64,000 nt of DNA from an uncultured Candidatus Peribacteria bacterium (lineage in GTDB: Bacteria; Patescibacteriota; Gracilibacteria; RBG-16-42-10), in assembly GCA_964514565.1 (NCBI GenBank), contig CAZERA010000001.1, positions 248,001 through 312,000 on the forward strand. The letters are read 5' to 3'. Below are positions 1-10,407 of the stretch, piece by piece (the stretch's first letter is position 1; every line of letters starts with the position of its first letter). Position numbers and translations under genes: made by a program. The notes below the pieces were generated by a model. The model ran no database searches. It had not been told where the DNA came from and was given only the letters and a program-made list of their open reading frames with translations.

Positions 1-1474
1 CACCGTAGGTTACTGGTCTATCTGGATAGAAGTGATCACCTACACCGGTGACAATACCTTGAGCATAGGCTTTGCCAATGACCAAAGACATCTCTGAACT
101 ATCGCGTGGTACATCAGTAAAGAACGTATTGGGAGTTGGACTACTGATATAATTACTACAATTGGCACCCAATGCCATCTTGGTAAGCTCGAAACGAGTG
201 AGGGTGTTGTTTGCACCAAATGTGCCATTTGAGTAACCACGAGAAAGTCTCACGGTTGGATCTGAGGCATATACAGTGCTGGTGAGGAAGTTTACATAAG
301 GAGCTTGAGACAATGAACCAGGTACATCAGAGAAATTGATTGAAGTTGCACCTGATAGTTGTAAACAAGTAAGTGGATCACTGCTTGGATGACTAAGTCC
401 ACTTGGCAGTACTGGAGTACTACTTAATGTTGGGGTAGGAGTGACACTTGGTAGTGCTGTAATTGTAGGCAGCACTGTTGGGAGGATTGTAGGAAGCGGT
501 GCAAGCGTCAAAAGCACATGGTTGATAGTAACATCTTCATCTGTACCGTCGTTGCGGTAAGGTTCACTAACAGTGTTTATGTCATAATCAGTAGCACCTA
601 AACCTGTAGGAGTGAAATTGGCCATTACGATCGCACTATTATCATAAGTGCCATTGGGAACTACGCTACTATTGCCTGAGATCTTCACTCTGTAATCAAA
701 TACTTTGGTACTGTCTGGTGGCAATGGACCAGCGATATTGAATGTTAAGCTGCTAGTACCGCTAACCGTGATGCCCGTACCAAATGTGAGAGCGTCATAA
801 CTAAAACCAACTGGCAGTACATCTTTTACTATCATGCTGTCGATGGTGTATTCACCTTTATTCACTACGCGCATGCGGTAGGTAGCAGTTTGATCTGCAC
901 TCCCAAAAAACGAGATAGTTGCTGGTGTGTCAAAGCGTTCTTTACTAAGGCCAACTGCGGCAGTGTTTTCATCAACAGCAGTAGGAATCCAAGGTGGGAT
1001 AGCAGAGATATGTGCACGATCGGCTATTTTGAATTGCCAAATATAATCACTAGAAAGTCCCATCGTGCCACCTACTTTGTGGATGCGACTAGCGATTACT
1101 TTTGCTTCATAACTATTGCCTGCAGTGCCTGGATGGACAAATTCATTTGAGGAAAAGTAAAGCATATTTTTATGTATGCTAATACCGTTGTTAGCGACTG
1201 GAAGGCCAGTAGTAAGATTGCGTACTTGAATTGCACTGTCTGGTGTCCCAACAAATTCGATATTACTGCCAAACATAACTGAGATAGTGGTTTGAGCACC
1301 TGCATCTGGGTATCTTAGGATGCGTTCTTTATTGAGTGGGCTCACCGCTACAACAGCAGGTGGAAATTCAATAAGGAGTGGAGGTGACAATAAAATCGCA
1401 TGAGCCTGAGGAACTAAACCACCGAGCATTAGCATTGCGCTTGCAAGGACTAGAAAGCGCTTCGATAAAGACAT
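1..1474 (-). CDS. Secreted S-layer homology (SLH) domain surface protein with a DUF11-like domain; runs off the left edge
   Basis: Missing from the ORF track because it is open at the edge. ATG at 1474 gives MSLSKRFLVLASAMLMLGGLVPQAHA (signal peptide). The end reads NTLTRFELTKMALGANC...GVGDHFYPDRPVTYG, a close paralog of the SLH region of 1592..3208. Confidence 0.8.
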   Translation of the reverse strand, partial: MSLSKRFLVLASAMLMLGGLVPQAHAILLSPPLLIEFPPAVVAVSPLNKERILRYPDAGAQTTISVMFGSNIEFVGTPDSAIQVRNLTTGLPVANNGISIHKNMLYFSSNEFVHPGTAGNSYEAKVIASRIHKVGGTMGLSSDYIWQFKIADRAHISAIPPWIPTAVDENTAAVGLSKERFDTPATISFFGSADQTATYRMRVVNKGEYTIDSMIVKDVLPVGFSYDALTFGTGITVSGTSSLTFNIAGPLPPDSTKVFDYRVKISGNSSVVPNGTYDNSAIVMANFTPTGLGATDYDINTVSEPYRNDGTDEDVTINHVLLTLAPLPTILPTVLPTITALPSVTPTPTLSSTPVLPSGLSHPSSDPLTCLQLSGATSINFSDVPGSLSQAPYVNFLTSTVYASDPTVRLSRGYSNGTFGANNTLTRFELTKMALGANCSNYISSPTPNTFFTDVPRDSSEMSLVIGKAYAQGIVTGVGDHFYPDRPVTYG

Positions 1475-1505
1475 AAAAGGAGGAGGGTTAGGATTTACTT
1501 TGCCA

Positions 1506-1516
1506 ACTATAGCACA
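1506..1516 (-). promoter_or_regulatory. Putative extended -10 promoter (TGTGCTATAGT)
   Basis: About 30 nt upstream of the ATG at 1474; same motif recurs upstream of other genes in the window. Confidence 0.45.
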
Positions 1517-1591
1517 GTCGTACTATTTGGTTAGTAAGTAACCTTGTCGTTCCTTAAGTAGTCTGCTCTAATATGAAAAGAAACGGTAGTT

Positions 1592-3208
1592 TTATAAGGG
1601 AGATATGTTTTTGAGCCAGACAACATATCGAGCTACAGCTTGAGCCATATATCTACGAATGACCGGGTCGTTTTGAGGGAAGGTTTTGTCAGCATCGATT
1701 GTGACTAAGTCCATCTTGGCAGCGTGCTCAGCAAATTGTCTAAATGTCTCATCAGTAATGCCATTTAATGTACTTGCTTGTGTGGTCACAGGAATACCTC
1801 TACGGAAATAATACCCACCGCCCAGTAAGATTTTGACCATTTCACCGTAGCTTACTGGATTATTAGGAAAGAAACGGTCACCAATACCATTGATGATGCC
1901 AATTGAGCGTGCTTTACCAATTACTAATGAGACTTCAGATTGGTTTTTGGGTACATCATTGAAGAAAGTATTTGGGGTAGGTGAAATTGTATAATCAATA
2001 CAGTTTGCGCCCAATGCCATTTTGGTAAGCTCAAAACGAGTGAGCGTATTATTTACGCCGAAACTACCGTCTGTGTATCCTTTGGCAAGTCTTACTGCGG
2101 TATTTTGGACGTATGTGGTGGTATTAAGAAAATCAACAAACTTCTTTTCGGCAATGAGAGAATTGATGTCGGAAAGTGTTAGCAATGATGCGCCATTAAT
2201 TTTCAAACACGTCAGAGGATCTTGGTCTGGATGTGCTAATACTGCTCCTGATTGAGTGGATGCAGTTGTGGTTGGTGCTGCTGTTGGTATAGTTACGTGA
2301 GTGACAGTGACATCTTCGTCGTCTTCGCGGCCATCTTCATAGTTACTAGTAGTTGGAGTTGTAAATCTAGTAGCACCAAGTCCTGCTGGAACAAAAGTGG
2401 CATAGCCAATAGTACTACTACTATAGACGCCTGGTGATACAGCTGGGGTATCTCCACCGGTCAAGATGTTTACTTTGAATGTAGTGCTGGTTTCATTGCC
2501 ATGTAGTAATGATCCGCCATGAAGTGCGATAATATTGCCACTAGGATTGAGTGTACTAGCGGTAAAATTGCCACTTAAAACACGGTCAAAACTAAAACCA
2601 ACAGGCAATACATCGACCATGTTGATTTCTTGCATGTCGTATTCGCCAGTATTGTAGATAGTGATTTTGTAGGTAGCGCTACTATCGTCATGGTCATAAA
2701 TGACTTGAGGGGTGAGAATGCCTTGTTCAATGCGGATATATGGTGAGTTCTCAGGACTTGTTGCATCTTGGCTCCAGATCGTAAAATTGACGGTATAGTC
2801 ACTGCTCATCAGCACATTGTCACCATTGCGTTGAATTTCATTGTGATGCACAACCGCGCGGTAATGCGTGCCGGTATTGCTATAAGCAAAATTACTGCTA
2901 GTAAAATAAAGCATGCTGCTAAAGAGCTCTACTTTGCTAGGAACGATGGTGGTGTTGGTGTCTAAATTGGTAACTGTAACAGTGTTCTCAACCGCGCTCA
3001 GTGAATGGATGGGTTGATCAAATAAAAAAGCCAAAGTTCTTTTATTGGTGGCTGCTCCATACGGAAATACAATTCTTTCTTGGTTCCGAGGGCTGCTAGC
3101 AATAACCTGTGGTTCATTGGCTGCGTGTGCCACTGGGGCAACGAAAGCGGTGAGCTGGCTAATCGTAAGCACACTGACTACTAAAAAACGTGCTATTTGT
3201 TTTGTCAT
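1592..3208 (-). CDS. SLH-domain surface protein with Ig-like and DUF11-like domains
   Basis: Signal peptide ending AHA; DUF11-like TYKITIYNTG...DVLPVGFSF; Thr-rich linker; C-terminal SLH motifs GYTDGSFGVNNTLTRFE and FFPNNPVSYGEM. Start placed at MTKQ (3208). Confidence 0.8.
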   Translation of the reverse strand: MTKQIARFLVVSVLTISQLTAFVAPVAHAANEPQVIASSPRNQERIVFPYGAATNKRTLAFLFDQPIHSLSAVENTVTVTNLDTNTTIVPSKVELFSSMLYFTSSNFAYSNTGTHYRAVVHHNEIQRNGDNVLMSSDYTVNFTIWSQDATSPENSPYIRIEQGILTPQVIYDHDDSSATYKITIYNTGEYDMQEINMVDVLPVGFSFDRVLSGNFTASTLNPSGNIIALHGGSLLHGNETSTTFKVNILTGGDTPAVSPGVYSSSTIGYATFVPAGLGATRFTTPTTSNYEDGREDDEDVTVTHVTIPTAAPTTTASTQSGAVLAHPDQDPLTCLKINGASLLTLSDINSLIAEKKFVDFLNTTTYVQNTAVRLAKGYTDGSFGVNNTLTRFELTKMALGANCIDYTISPTPNTFFNDVPKNQSEVSLVIGKARSIGIINGIGDRFFPNNPVSYGEMVKILLGGGYYFRRGIPVTTQASTLNGITDETFRQFAEHAAKMDLVTIDADKTFPQNDPVIRRYMAQAVARYVVWLKNISPL

Positions 3209-3258
3209 GATACGCATAAGTAAATCATGGCAACTATAACACGGGAAGGTTTGGTTAA

Positions 3259-3293
3259 TTAACAATTAACAATTGACAGTTTACAGTTGTTAG
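3259..3293. repeat. Imperfect 7-bp tandem repeat
   Basis: ttaacaa ttaacaa ttgacag tttacag ttgttag. Confidence 0.6.
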
Positions 3294-3312
3294 AGTGAAT
3301 GAGTATCGATTT

Positions 3313-3651
3313 TTAGGGGAAGATTTGTGCTCCTGTTTCACTATCTTTGATGATGATTGCTTGAGTTGGACAGCTTCTTGCCGACATTAAAATTGTTTCA
3401 TCGTCACTAATGAGTGGCGTTTTTGGATCTTTCATCACGGCGATTTGTTCTTCGTCTAAGTCAAAAATATCTGGTGTGATGGCGACACAGTTACCCACAC
3501 TTATGCATTTATTGCGGTCAATTTCGATGATATATTTACCTCTTTTCCCTTGGGTCTTTGTTTCTTGAACTACTGGTCCTGTTCCGGCTGGGGGAGTAAT
3601 TGGTTGAGGTTGTTGACCAGAAGATGCTTGTGGTCCGTTTGCGTCATTCAT
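3313..3651 (-). CDS. Single-cluster ferredoxin, probably [3Fe-4S], with a disordered N-terminal extension
   Basis: IDRNKCISVGNC...ARSCPTQAI; the second Cys position is Val. Confidence 0.85.
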   Translation of the reverse strand: MNDANGPQASSGQQPQPITPPAGTGPVVQETKTQGKRGKYIIEIDRNKCISVGNCVAITPDIFDLDEEQIAVMKDPKTPLISDDETILMSARSCPTQAIIIKDSETGAQIFP

Positions 3652-3662
3652 AGAGAGAAAAA

Positions 3663-4661
3663 TTAACCTTGAGCACTGACATTATCTTCACTCGCACTGA
3701 CAGGCTCAATGTGCATAGAATTTTCTACCTCATTATTGCTCTCAGGTCTAGGGATGATCATCTCGTTGAGTGGTGCCATAGTAGGCAATGGATGACCGTT
3801 GGTTTTGTAGTAATCTGCAGAATCATGAGGATTGACGTTGAGGGTAACTACTGGATAAGAAATACCAATGTTATTTTTCTCGAACATTTCTTTGATCATT
3901 ACGTTAATTTGCGTTTTTACTTTGATCCAGTTTGCTTGACTGCGATCAACCCAGAAGTGGGCAATTAAGTTGATATTACTATCGGCAAATTCTTTGATAG
4001 TCACACTAGGTGTTGGTTCTTGCATAATTTTAGGATGGGTTTTCATGAGTTGAATCACCAATTCACTAGCCGTTTGGATATTGGTGTCATAAGAAACACT
4101 GAAATCGATATTGATACGACGTTCTGGAAAAGAAGAGTAATTGATCACAGCACTAGAAATCATCTGGGAGTTCGGGATGATTACCCGTTGTCCATCAAAT
4201 ACCCGGAGGAATGTCGCTCTTGCTTCAATCTCTTCTACCTTGCCTACAAAGTCACCAGCTTTGATCACATCTCCGACTGAAAATGGTTTTTGTACCAAAA
4301 TAAGCACACCAGAGAAATAATTTTCTAAAATATCTTTCATCGCGAAGCCCAGTCCGAAACCCATGGCAGCCACAATAAAACTAATATCTATTTCCAAGAT
4401 TTTTAAAGCAACTGTAAGACCCAAAATGATCGTACCAATATAAGCTGTTTTCCCTACGATATTCATCGCTCCTTCATTGGAGCCTGATTTGAGAATCGAG
4501 CGTTGTGCCCATGATTTTACTAGCTTGGCACATAGAAAAGCCGCTAGGAATACTAATATTGCTAGAAAGAGTGCTGGGATTTTGTTTACGACAGTATTGA
4601 TAAAACTAACGACATTATCTGACGTTTGGCTGGATACGTCGTTGACAGAAGATGTTGCCAT
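3663..4661 (-). CDS. mscS: Small-conductance mechanosensitive channel
   Basis: GFGLGFAMKDILENYFSGVLIL..KPFSVGDVI, IIPNS, three N-terminal TM helices. Confidence 0.9.
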   Translation of the reverse strand: MATSSVNDVSSQTSDNVVSFINTVVNKIPALFLAILVFLAAFLCAKLVKSWAQRSILKSGSNEGAMNIVGKTAYIGTIILGLTVALKILEIDISFIVAAMGFGLGFAMKDILENYFSGVLILVQKPFSVGDVIKAGDFVGKVEEIEARATFLRVFDGQRVIIPNSQMISSAVINYSSFPERRINIDFSVSYDTNIQTASELVIQLMKTHPKIMQEPTPSVTIKEFADSNINLIAHFWVDRSQANWIKVKTQINVMIKEMFEKNNIGISYPVVTLNVNPHDSADYYKTNGHPLPTMAPLNEMIIPRPESNNEVENSMHIEPVSASEDNVSAQG

Positions 4662-4770
4662 GGGGGAGGGGAATAAAAATACTAAATCTACATATCATAC
4701 CATATACCGATGGCACTGCCAAAAAGACAAGTTCATTTGGGGTAGTTTAGAATGCCTAAATTAACAAACT

Positions 4771-5595
4771 ATGATGCGGTATTGGTTGCTGGTTGGTTTT
4801 GCTCTACATCTGGTTAGTGTCTCGGTGATGTTGTTGGTCCCGGTAAGGCAACCCAGTACTTTCTGGGCTGTATTAGATGTCGGTCAAGGTGATGCGTCTT
4901 TATTACACACTAGCGCTGGCTACAATATTTTGATTGATACCGGACCGGATCAAAGTGTACTGAGTGCCTTGGACCAAGTTTTGCCACCATTTGATCGCAC
5001 TATTGATTTGCTCTTTATTACTCATCCTCATGCTGACCATCTCAATGGCGCCTTATATGTGCTCGAACGTTACCATGTCGGTGGCGTAGTAATGAGTGAC
5101 GTGAAGTATCAAAGTGTTCAATATGATCTCTTGAAGAAGAAGATTCGTGAGCAAGGTATTTTACTTTTTGAAGCCAGGGCTGATCTAGATTGGCAGATTG
5201 ATCAAAAGACCAGTCTAGATATTTTGTTCCCTTTTACTACTTTGCACGACCAGGTATTTAAAAATGTTAATAATGCATCACTTGTGATGATGTTGAAAAC
5301 CAATACTGAGCAAATTTTGCTCACCGGAGATATGGAAGAAGAGCTGGAGTTGATTTTGAGTAAATACTATGGTGACAAACTTGCTGCTCTGGGCTTGAAA
5401 GTCGGTCATCATGGTAGTAAAACAAGTTCCTCCGAATTATTGCTTAATTTGGTCAAACCAAAAGAAATGTTTATTAGTGTTGGACGAAACAACTCCTTCA
5501 AGCATCCTAGTTCCCAAACCCTAGCTCGCTTGCAACAGCTTGGTAGTGTCAAACGGACTGATGAAGTTGGTACAATTATCAAAATCCTGTTATAA
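4771..5595 (+). CDS. Stand-alone ComEC/Rec2-type metallo-beta-lactamase-fold nuclease domain
   Basis: LDVGQGDA, THPHADHLNG, LTGD, KVGHHGSKTSS, ISVG.NNSFKHP, RTD; N-terminal TM anchor; no Competence channel domain. Confidence 0.88.
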   Translation: MMRYWLLVGFALHLVSVSVMLLVPVRQPSTFWAVLDVGQGDASLLHTSAGYNILIDTGPDQSVLSALDQVLPPFDRTIDLLFITHPHADHLNGALYVLERYHVGGVVMSDVKYQSVQYDLLKKKIREQGILLFEARADLDWQIDQKTSLDILFPFTTLHDQVFKNVNNASLVMMLKTNTEQILLTGDMEEELELILSKYYGDKLAALGLKVGHHGSKTSSSELLLNLVKPKEMFISVGRNNSFKHPSSQTLARLQQLGSVKRTDEVGTIIKILL

Positions 5596-5618
5596 TAATC
5601 TGAAATCTTTTTATTTAC

Positions 5619-5948
5619 ATGCTCCGAAGCCTTTTGTCACAAGTCGTATATGGGGTAGCTACTACACTAACCCCCAATCAAGGAGATTATATTCTCGATG
5701 ATCCGCATCTCTCGGATATTGGACCGCTCATTAGTTATGCAATTGACTTCTTACTGGGTATTGCTGGCGCAATTGCTATATTTTTTGTATTTTATGGCGC
5801 CAGTCAGTATATCTGGGGATGGGACGCAGAGACAAAAGGCAAAGGTAAGACCAAAATATTTGGTGCTGTAGCTGGTATGATCGTGGTCACACTTTCATTT
5901 GTCCTCGTCAAAGTTGTTACTGATCAATTACCTCGCTTAGCGCAATAA
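5619..5948 (+). CDS. VirB2/TrbC-like (CPR T4SS-type) pilin
   Basis: TM - YGASQYIWGWDAETKGKGKTKIFGAVAG - TM hairpin. Confidence 0.7.
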   Translation: MLRSLLSQVVYGVATTLTPNQGDYILDDPHLSDIGPLISYAIDFLLGIAGAIAIFFVFYGASQYIWGWDAETKGKGKTKIFGAVAGMIVVTLSFVLVKVVTDQLPRLAQ

Positions 5949-5956
5949 TCTCTTCT

Positions 5957-6625
5957 ATGAAACACTTACTTGATTTACTCATTCCGCACGCATACGCGAT
6001 TCCTCTCCCTACTGATATTGCAGGTGTTCCACAGCTTGCTACTACGCAAGACTTTTTCATGCTAATTATCCGTATCCTTCAGGGATTAGCCGGGTCGGTT
6101 GCAACGGTTTATATTGTGATTGCTGGGTACTATTATATTGTGGCTCGTGGTGATGATGGTACTATCAAAAAAGCAAAAGATTCAATTATGTTTTCAGTGA
6201 TCGGCTTGATGGTCATTGCTTTAGCGCAAACTATCGGTGCTGTTTTCGATCCAGCTTTGGGTATCGATATTGGTGGAGCAAATTTACTGATTATCAGTAT
6301 TACCAATGTGCTATTGTCACTGATTGGTTCAGTTGCTGTGGCCTATTTGGTCTACGGTGGATATATGTATATGACAGCGCGAGGGGATTCTGGTCAAGTG
6401 AGTAAAGCTACTAAAGCTATTTGGAGTTCTATTATTGGTATTATTGTGGCAATGTTCGCTTATACTATTGTTACTATCGCTCTTACTGGTGGACAGACGG
6501 GGTCAGTCACAGCTCCTATCCCAGGTGGTGCTCCGGTCATACAGCAGGTTGTACCAGGGGACGGCGGTATTAATCCAGCAGATCCATTAGGAATCGACGC
6601 TGCTACCAAAAGCATTACAAAATAA
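5957..6625 (+). CDS. Pilin-like protein with two tandem pilin hairpins
   Basis: AGYYYIVARGDDGTIKKAKDSI and GGYMYMTARGDSGQVSKATKAI. Confidence 0.78.
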   Translation: MKHLLDLLIPHAYAIPLPTDIAGVPQLATTQDFFMLIIRILQGLAGSVATVYIVIAGYYYIVARGDDGTIKKAKDSIMFSVIGLMVIALAQTIGAVFDPALGIDIGGANLLIISITNVLLSLIGSVAVAYLVYGGYMYMTARGDSGQVSKATKAIWSSIIGIIVAMFAYTIVTIALTGGQTGSVTAPIPGGAPVIQQVVPGDGGINPADPLGIDAATKSITK

Positions 6626-6664
6626 ACTATTTCCACTTTTTCACTACCAATCTTACTTACTTCT

Positions 6665-7351
6665 ATGCTGCGCAAGCTTTTCATCAAATCAATCTCTGCT
6701 TTCACTGCCCTTGTCATTTTATTTTCACCAGTATTAGCACCTGCTGCTCATGCTGATTCTATTGATAGCGTGCTAGGTGGGGTAGGCGGTGCTTTAGTTG
6801 GTGCTGGTAGTGGTGCTGGAATTGGTGGTGCTGTGGGTGGATTGGTTGGTGGCCGTACAGGTTCTGCCATTGGTGCCGCGATTGGTGCTGTGGCGGGTGG
6901 TATTGCCGGCGGAATTGCTGGTGCTACTGGTCGTGCAGCTATTTTGCCTGGTATCGGACAATTTAGTAATTATGGTATCCATGTGCCACAAGGCACAGTA
7001 TTGCAAGCAAATAACCCTCAATTAGAACCATTGATTGTTCAAATCATCAATTTCTTCTTGGGCTTTGTAGGTTTGATCGCTTTCATGATGCTTGTCTTTG
7101 GTGGCTTTCGTTATCTTGCTTCAGCAGGCGAAGCCGATATGGCAAAAAAAGGTAAACAAACAATTAGTTATGCAGTGATCGGTATTGTGATTATTGCTTT
7201 GTCTTATGCTGCAGTAAATACATTGATAGCTGGTATTGGACCTCAAGTAAATTCTAGTTTTGCAGGATCTAGTGTCGTATCTGGTTTCCCTACTCTTACT
7301 TCTCCAGCTGGCGGTATTGGCCTTGGCTTTAGTGTCGGTATTCGTTTCTAA
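6665..7351 (+). CDS. Pilin-like protein with an N-terminal glycine zipper
   Basis: Signal peptide, (GxxxG)n run, GGFRYLASAGEADMAKKGKQTISYAVIG. Confidence 0.78.
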   Translation: MLRKLFIKSISAFTALVILFSPVLAPAAHADSIDSVLGGVGGALVGAGSGAGIGGAVGGLVGGRTGSAIGAAIGAVAGGIAGGIAGATGRAAILPGIGQFSNYGIHVPQGTVLQANNPQLEPLIVQIINFFLGFVGLIAFMMLVFGGFRYLASAGEADMAKKGKQTISYAVIGIVIIALSYAAVNTLIAGIGPQVNSSFAGSSVVSGFPTLTSPAGGIGLGFSVGIRF

Positions 7352-7376
7352 GTCGGTATTTCTTTTTATCTCCCCC

Positions 7377-10300
7377 ATGAAAAAAGTTACTGCGTTCTTG
7401 CTCGCTTTCGGTGTGCTAATCAATCCTGTGACGAGTTTCGCTGCTACTTCTAGTTCTAATGGCAATGTCTTGTCACTGCCAGGTAGTCAGGTACAAAGTA
7501 GCCCTACTACGGCTACTCCAGTGCCAGTTTCTAATAATACGTCCCGACAACAACAGCTAACCTATGTCCGTAGCAATATGGATGTGCAGGCACAGTGGTT
7601 TTTGTACGTATCGACCTATTTGAAACAAGTTTCCGAATACGTGCTCAAGGTTCAACCAGATAAAACCAATATCACCACTACAATCGATGCATATGCTGCA
7701 TCTCTTCAAAAAGTGAGTGATGATATGAAATCACGTCAGCAAGTATTGCCTATCGAGCAAGCGATTACTTTGAGTGGTTTTGGCTTACATATTATGGCTG
7801 AGTCGCTAATTTTGGCTTCTACTTCACTCAATGATGTGAAAGGAGTAGATGCGTTCTTTTTCCCAAGCATGGCTCTTATTTGTGAAAGTCTGCAAAGCGT
7901 AGGGGACAACATCATGGCGATCGGTTATTTGGGTACCACCAGCAATGGTAATATCAATGTAGTGGATTATCAGAATCAAATGGATTCTGCTGTATTTCTT
8001 TATCAAGCATTACAATCACTCTTTAGTAGTCGAGATCGCGCTAGTGAAGTAAAAGCAGACTTACAAAGCAATCAAGCTTCTCGGGCCTCCAACTCTACTT
8101 TTCAAGTAATCAACTTCGATGCTTCCGCTTCTCAAGATCCAATTGGTACTATCCCTAATCCTAAAGGTTATTTCTGGGATTTTGGTGATGGTAACTTTGC
8201 GATTGGACCTTTTGTCTCGCATACCTATACCCAACCGGGTAATTATTTGGTTAAATTGATGGTACAAAGTGCCTCTGGTTTCTCTGCCGCTACTAGTGAA
8301 GTGAAAATCGTTCCAGTCTATCCTGTAGCCGTGATTGTGACTGATCAAGATTCTTTACTGGGGCCTGTACCTGATGAAGTGACCCTAACAGCAAAAGAAC
8401 CGATTACTTTGTCTGGGCTTTCTTCCTATGATCCATCTTCCAATGCTGCCTTGAAGCTGACTTGGGATTTTGGTGATGGTAAACAAAACTCTGGTGCAGA
8501 TAATAGTGTAGTTACTCATACATATGATGGTCCCGGTGAATATGTGTTAGTTTTACGTGCTGAAAACGGTCAGTTGGCAGGAGTAGCAAAAAAGAAAATT
8601 AAGATTTTAGCCTCACCTCCAGTGATTAAGCTACAAATCCGTTCCGCTACCCAACCAGCTTGGTCAAATGCTGACAAGATGTTTTTTAGTCAAAGTGTTT
8701 TTGGCGCTACTGTATTTGATTTTACCTCACAGGATAGTGTGGGAGCTTTGGTGCCAGGTTTCAATGCTCGCACCCAGATTGTACAAGCAGATTGGGACTT
8801 TGGTGATGGCACACCAAGTGTTACCCAGAACCAGAATCAACTTAATGCTAGAGAAAAGGTTTCTCATACTTATGAAAAAGCTGGCAACTATAATGTAGTG
8901 TTGAAGCTGACTGACGAAGCTCAAAATTCAGGTCAAATGACCAAGGTATTAATTTTGAGTGATAATAATGTTCCTGCTGCTGATTTTGATTTTCAATCTG
9001 ATACTCCTGATTCTAATACAGGAATAACTACTGCTACTAAAGTGAGATTTGATGCTGCCAATTCAACTGCAGCTCAAGGTGCTGTCAGTCGTTACAATTG
9101 GCGCGTTTTGGCAGCTACCAATGAAACAGTCTTTACTTCAACTGACAAGAGTTTTACTTACCAATTTCCTAGGCCTGGTCGGTACGAAGTGTCTTTGCAA
9201 GTCACGACGAACCTAGGCATTACTAGTAGTCGTGTCAGCCAGAAATTCTTTGTCGAATCTAGTCCACCACAGGCAGCCTACAGTTACAGCTTCTATCCTT
9301 ATATTCCCAATCGAGTAGACTTTGATGCTAGTAGTTCTTCCGATCCTGATGCTAATGATACGCTGCTTTATAGTTGGGATTTTAATAGCGACGGTGTGTA
9401 CGATGTGATCGGCACCAAGGATCCTAAAATTAGTAGAGTGTTGGATCAAATTGGTGTAAATACCGTGACGCTACAAGTAAGTGACACTGCAGGACTGGTT
9501 TCAGAAACTAAACAAGATATTACTATCACATCTTTACTAGTTGCTTCAATTAAAATTGCTGATGGTAGTCGGGCAATTGGACCTGTTCCTTTAGCTGTTT
9601 CTTTCGAGGGAAATGGTTTCCGTAGTCTTGCTACACGTACTGACACCAATACTATTACCAAGTTTACTTGGGATTTTGGTGATGGTTCACCTGTAGTTGA
9701 AAATGCAAACATTAGTGAGGGAGTCCAGGTTCAACAACACACATACAGTGTGCCTGGCCGTTATATCGCTACTCTCAAAGTGCAAGATCGTGAAGGTGAG
9801 CAATCTATTGCTGCTTATCCTGTCCATATTGGTGACGGGCAAGCTCCCATTGCTTCTATTGTTTATTCGCCTAGTTTCCCATTGACCGGCAATGTGGCTA
9901 CTTTATTTACTTTTGATGGTTCTGCTTCAGTTAATGCGCAAGGTACCGAGACAGGCTTGGATTATGCTTGGGATTTTGGTGATGGCAGTGCTTTAGCATC
10001 AGATCCTCAGGTCACACATCAATATGCAAAAGTCGGTACCTATACTGTGACACTTACAATTACTGATAACCAAGCCAGTAAGATTCATCGTACGCAAGTA
10101 CAAGCTGTGGTAAAGGCGATTCCACCACAGGCCCGAATGGTAGTGAGCCCTCGCAGTGGAGCAGGGCCTTTGACTGTCCAATTTGATGCCAGTGCGTCTC
10201 AATATGTTGGTAACACTATCAGTGAGTATAGCTTTGATTACGGTGATGGCAGTACTGCACTCACGCGCACGCCCCAATCAACTCATATTTACAAACAACC

Positions 10301-10388
10301 TGGAACATATAAAGTGCTGGTGAAAGTGCGTGCTGCTGACAATGCAGAAGCCACTAGTGAAGTGCAAACCATTGTAGTCACTCCTTAA
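7377..10388 (+). CDS. Secreted protein with about 8 PKD domains and a helical N-terminal region
   Basis: Start MKKVTAF with signal peptide; repeated WDFGDG...HTY..PG.Y motifs. Confidence 0.88.
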   Translation: MKKVTAFLLAFGVLINPVTSFAATSSSNGNVLSLPGSQVQSSPTTATPVPVSNNTSRQQQLTYVRSNMDVQAQWFLYVSTYLKQVSEYVLKVQPDKTNITTTIDAYAASLQKVSDDMKSRQQVLPIEQAITLSGFGLHIMAESLILASTSLNDVKGVDAFFFPSMALICESLQSVGDNIMAIGYLGTTSNGNINVVDYQNQMDSAVFLYQALQSLFSSRDRASEVKADLQSNQASRASNSTFQVINFDASASQDPIGTIPNPKGYFWDFGDGNFAIGPFVSHTYTQPGNYLVKLMVQSASGFSAATSEVKIVPVYPVAVIVTDQDSLLGPVPDEVTLTAKEPITLSGLSSYDPSSNAALKLTWDFGDGKQNSGADNSVVTHTYDGPGEYVLVLRAENGQLAGVAKKKIKILASPPVIKLQIRSATQPAWSNADKMFFSQSVFGATVFDFTSQDSVGALVPGFNARTQIVQADWDFGDGTPSVTQNQNQLNAREKVSHTYEKAGNYNVVLKLTDEAQNSGQMTKVLILSDNNVPAADFDFQSDTPDSNTGITTATKVRFDAANSTAAQGAVSRYNWRVLAATNETVFTSTDKSFTYQFPRPGRYEVSLQVTTNLGITSSRVSQKFFVESSPPQAAYSYSFYPYIPNRVDFDASSSSDPDANDTLLYSWDFNSDGVYDVIGTKDPKISRVLDQIGVNTVTLQVSDTAGLVSETKQDITITSLLVASIKIADGSRAIGPVPLAVSFEGNGFRSLATRTDTNTITKFTWDFGDGSPVVENANISEGVQVQQHTYSVPGRYIATLKVQDREGEQSIAAYPVHIGDGQAPIASIVYSPSFPLTGNVATLFTFDGSASVNAQGTETGLDYAWDFGDGSALASDPQVTHQYAKVGTYTVTLTITDNQASKIHRTQVQAVVKAIPPQARMVVSPRSGAGPLTVQFDASASQYVGNTISEYSFDYGDGSTALTRTPQSTHIYKQPGTYKVLVKVRAADNAEATSEVQTIVVTP

Positions 10389-10407
10389 TCTTTTAATTCT
10401 TCCTTAT

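Noticed and set aside
7260..7376. Upstream extension of the PKD protein in the ORF track, and similar extensions for tgt, mfd and the PRC-barrel gene
   Set aside because: These extensions overlap upstream genes or promoter regions; downstream ATGs give proper signal peptides or family N-termini.
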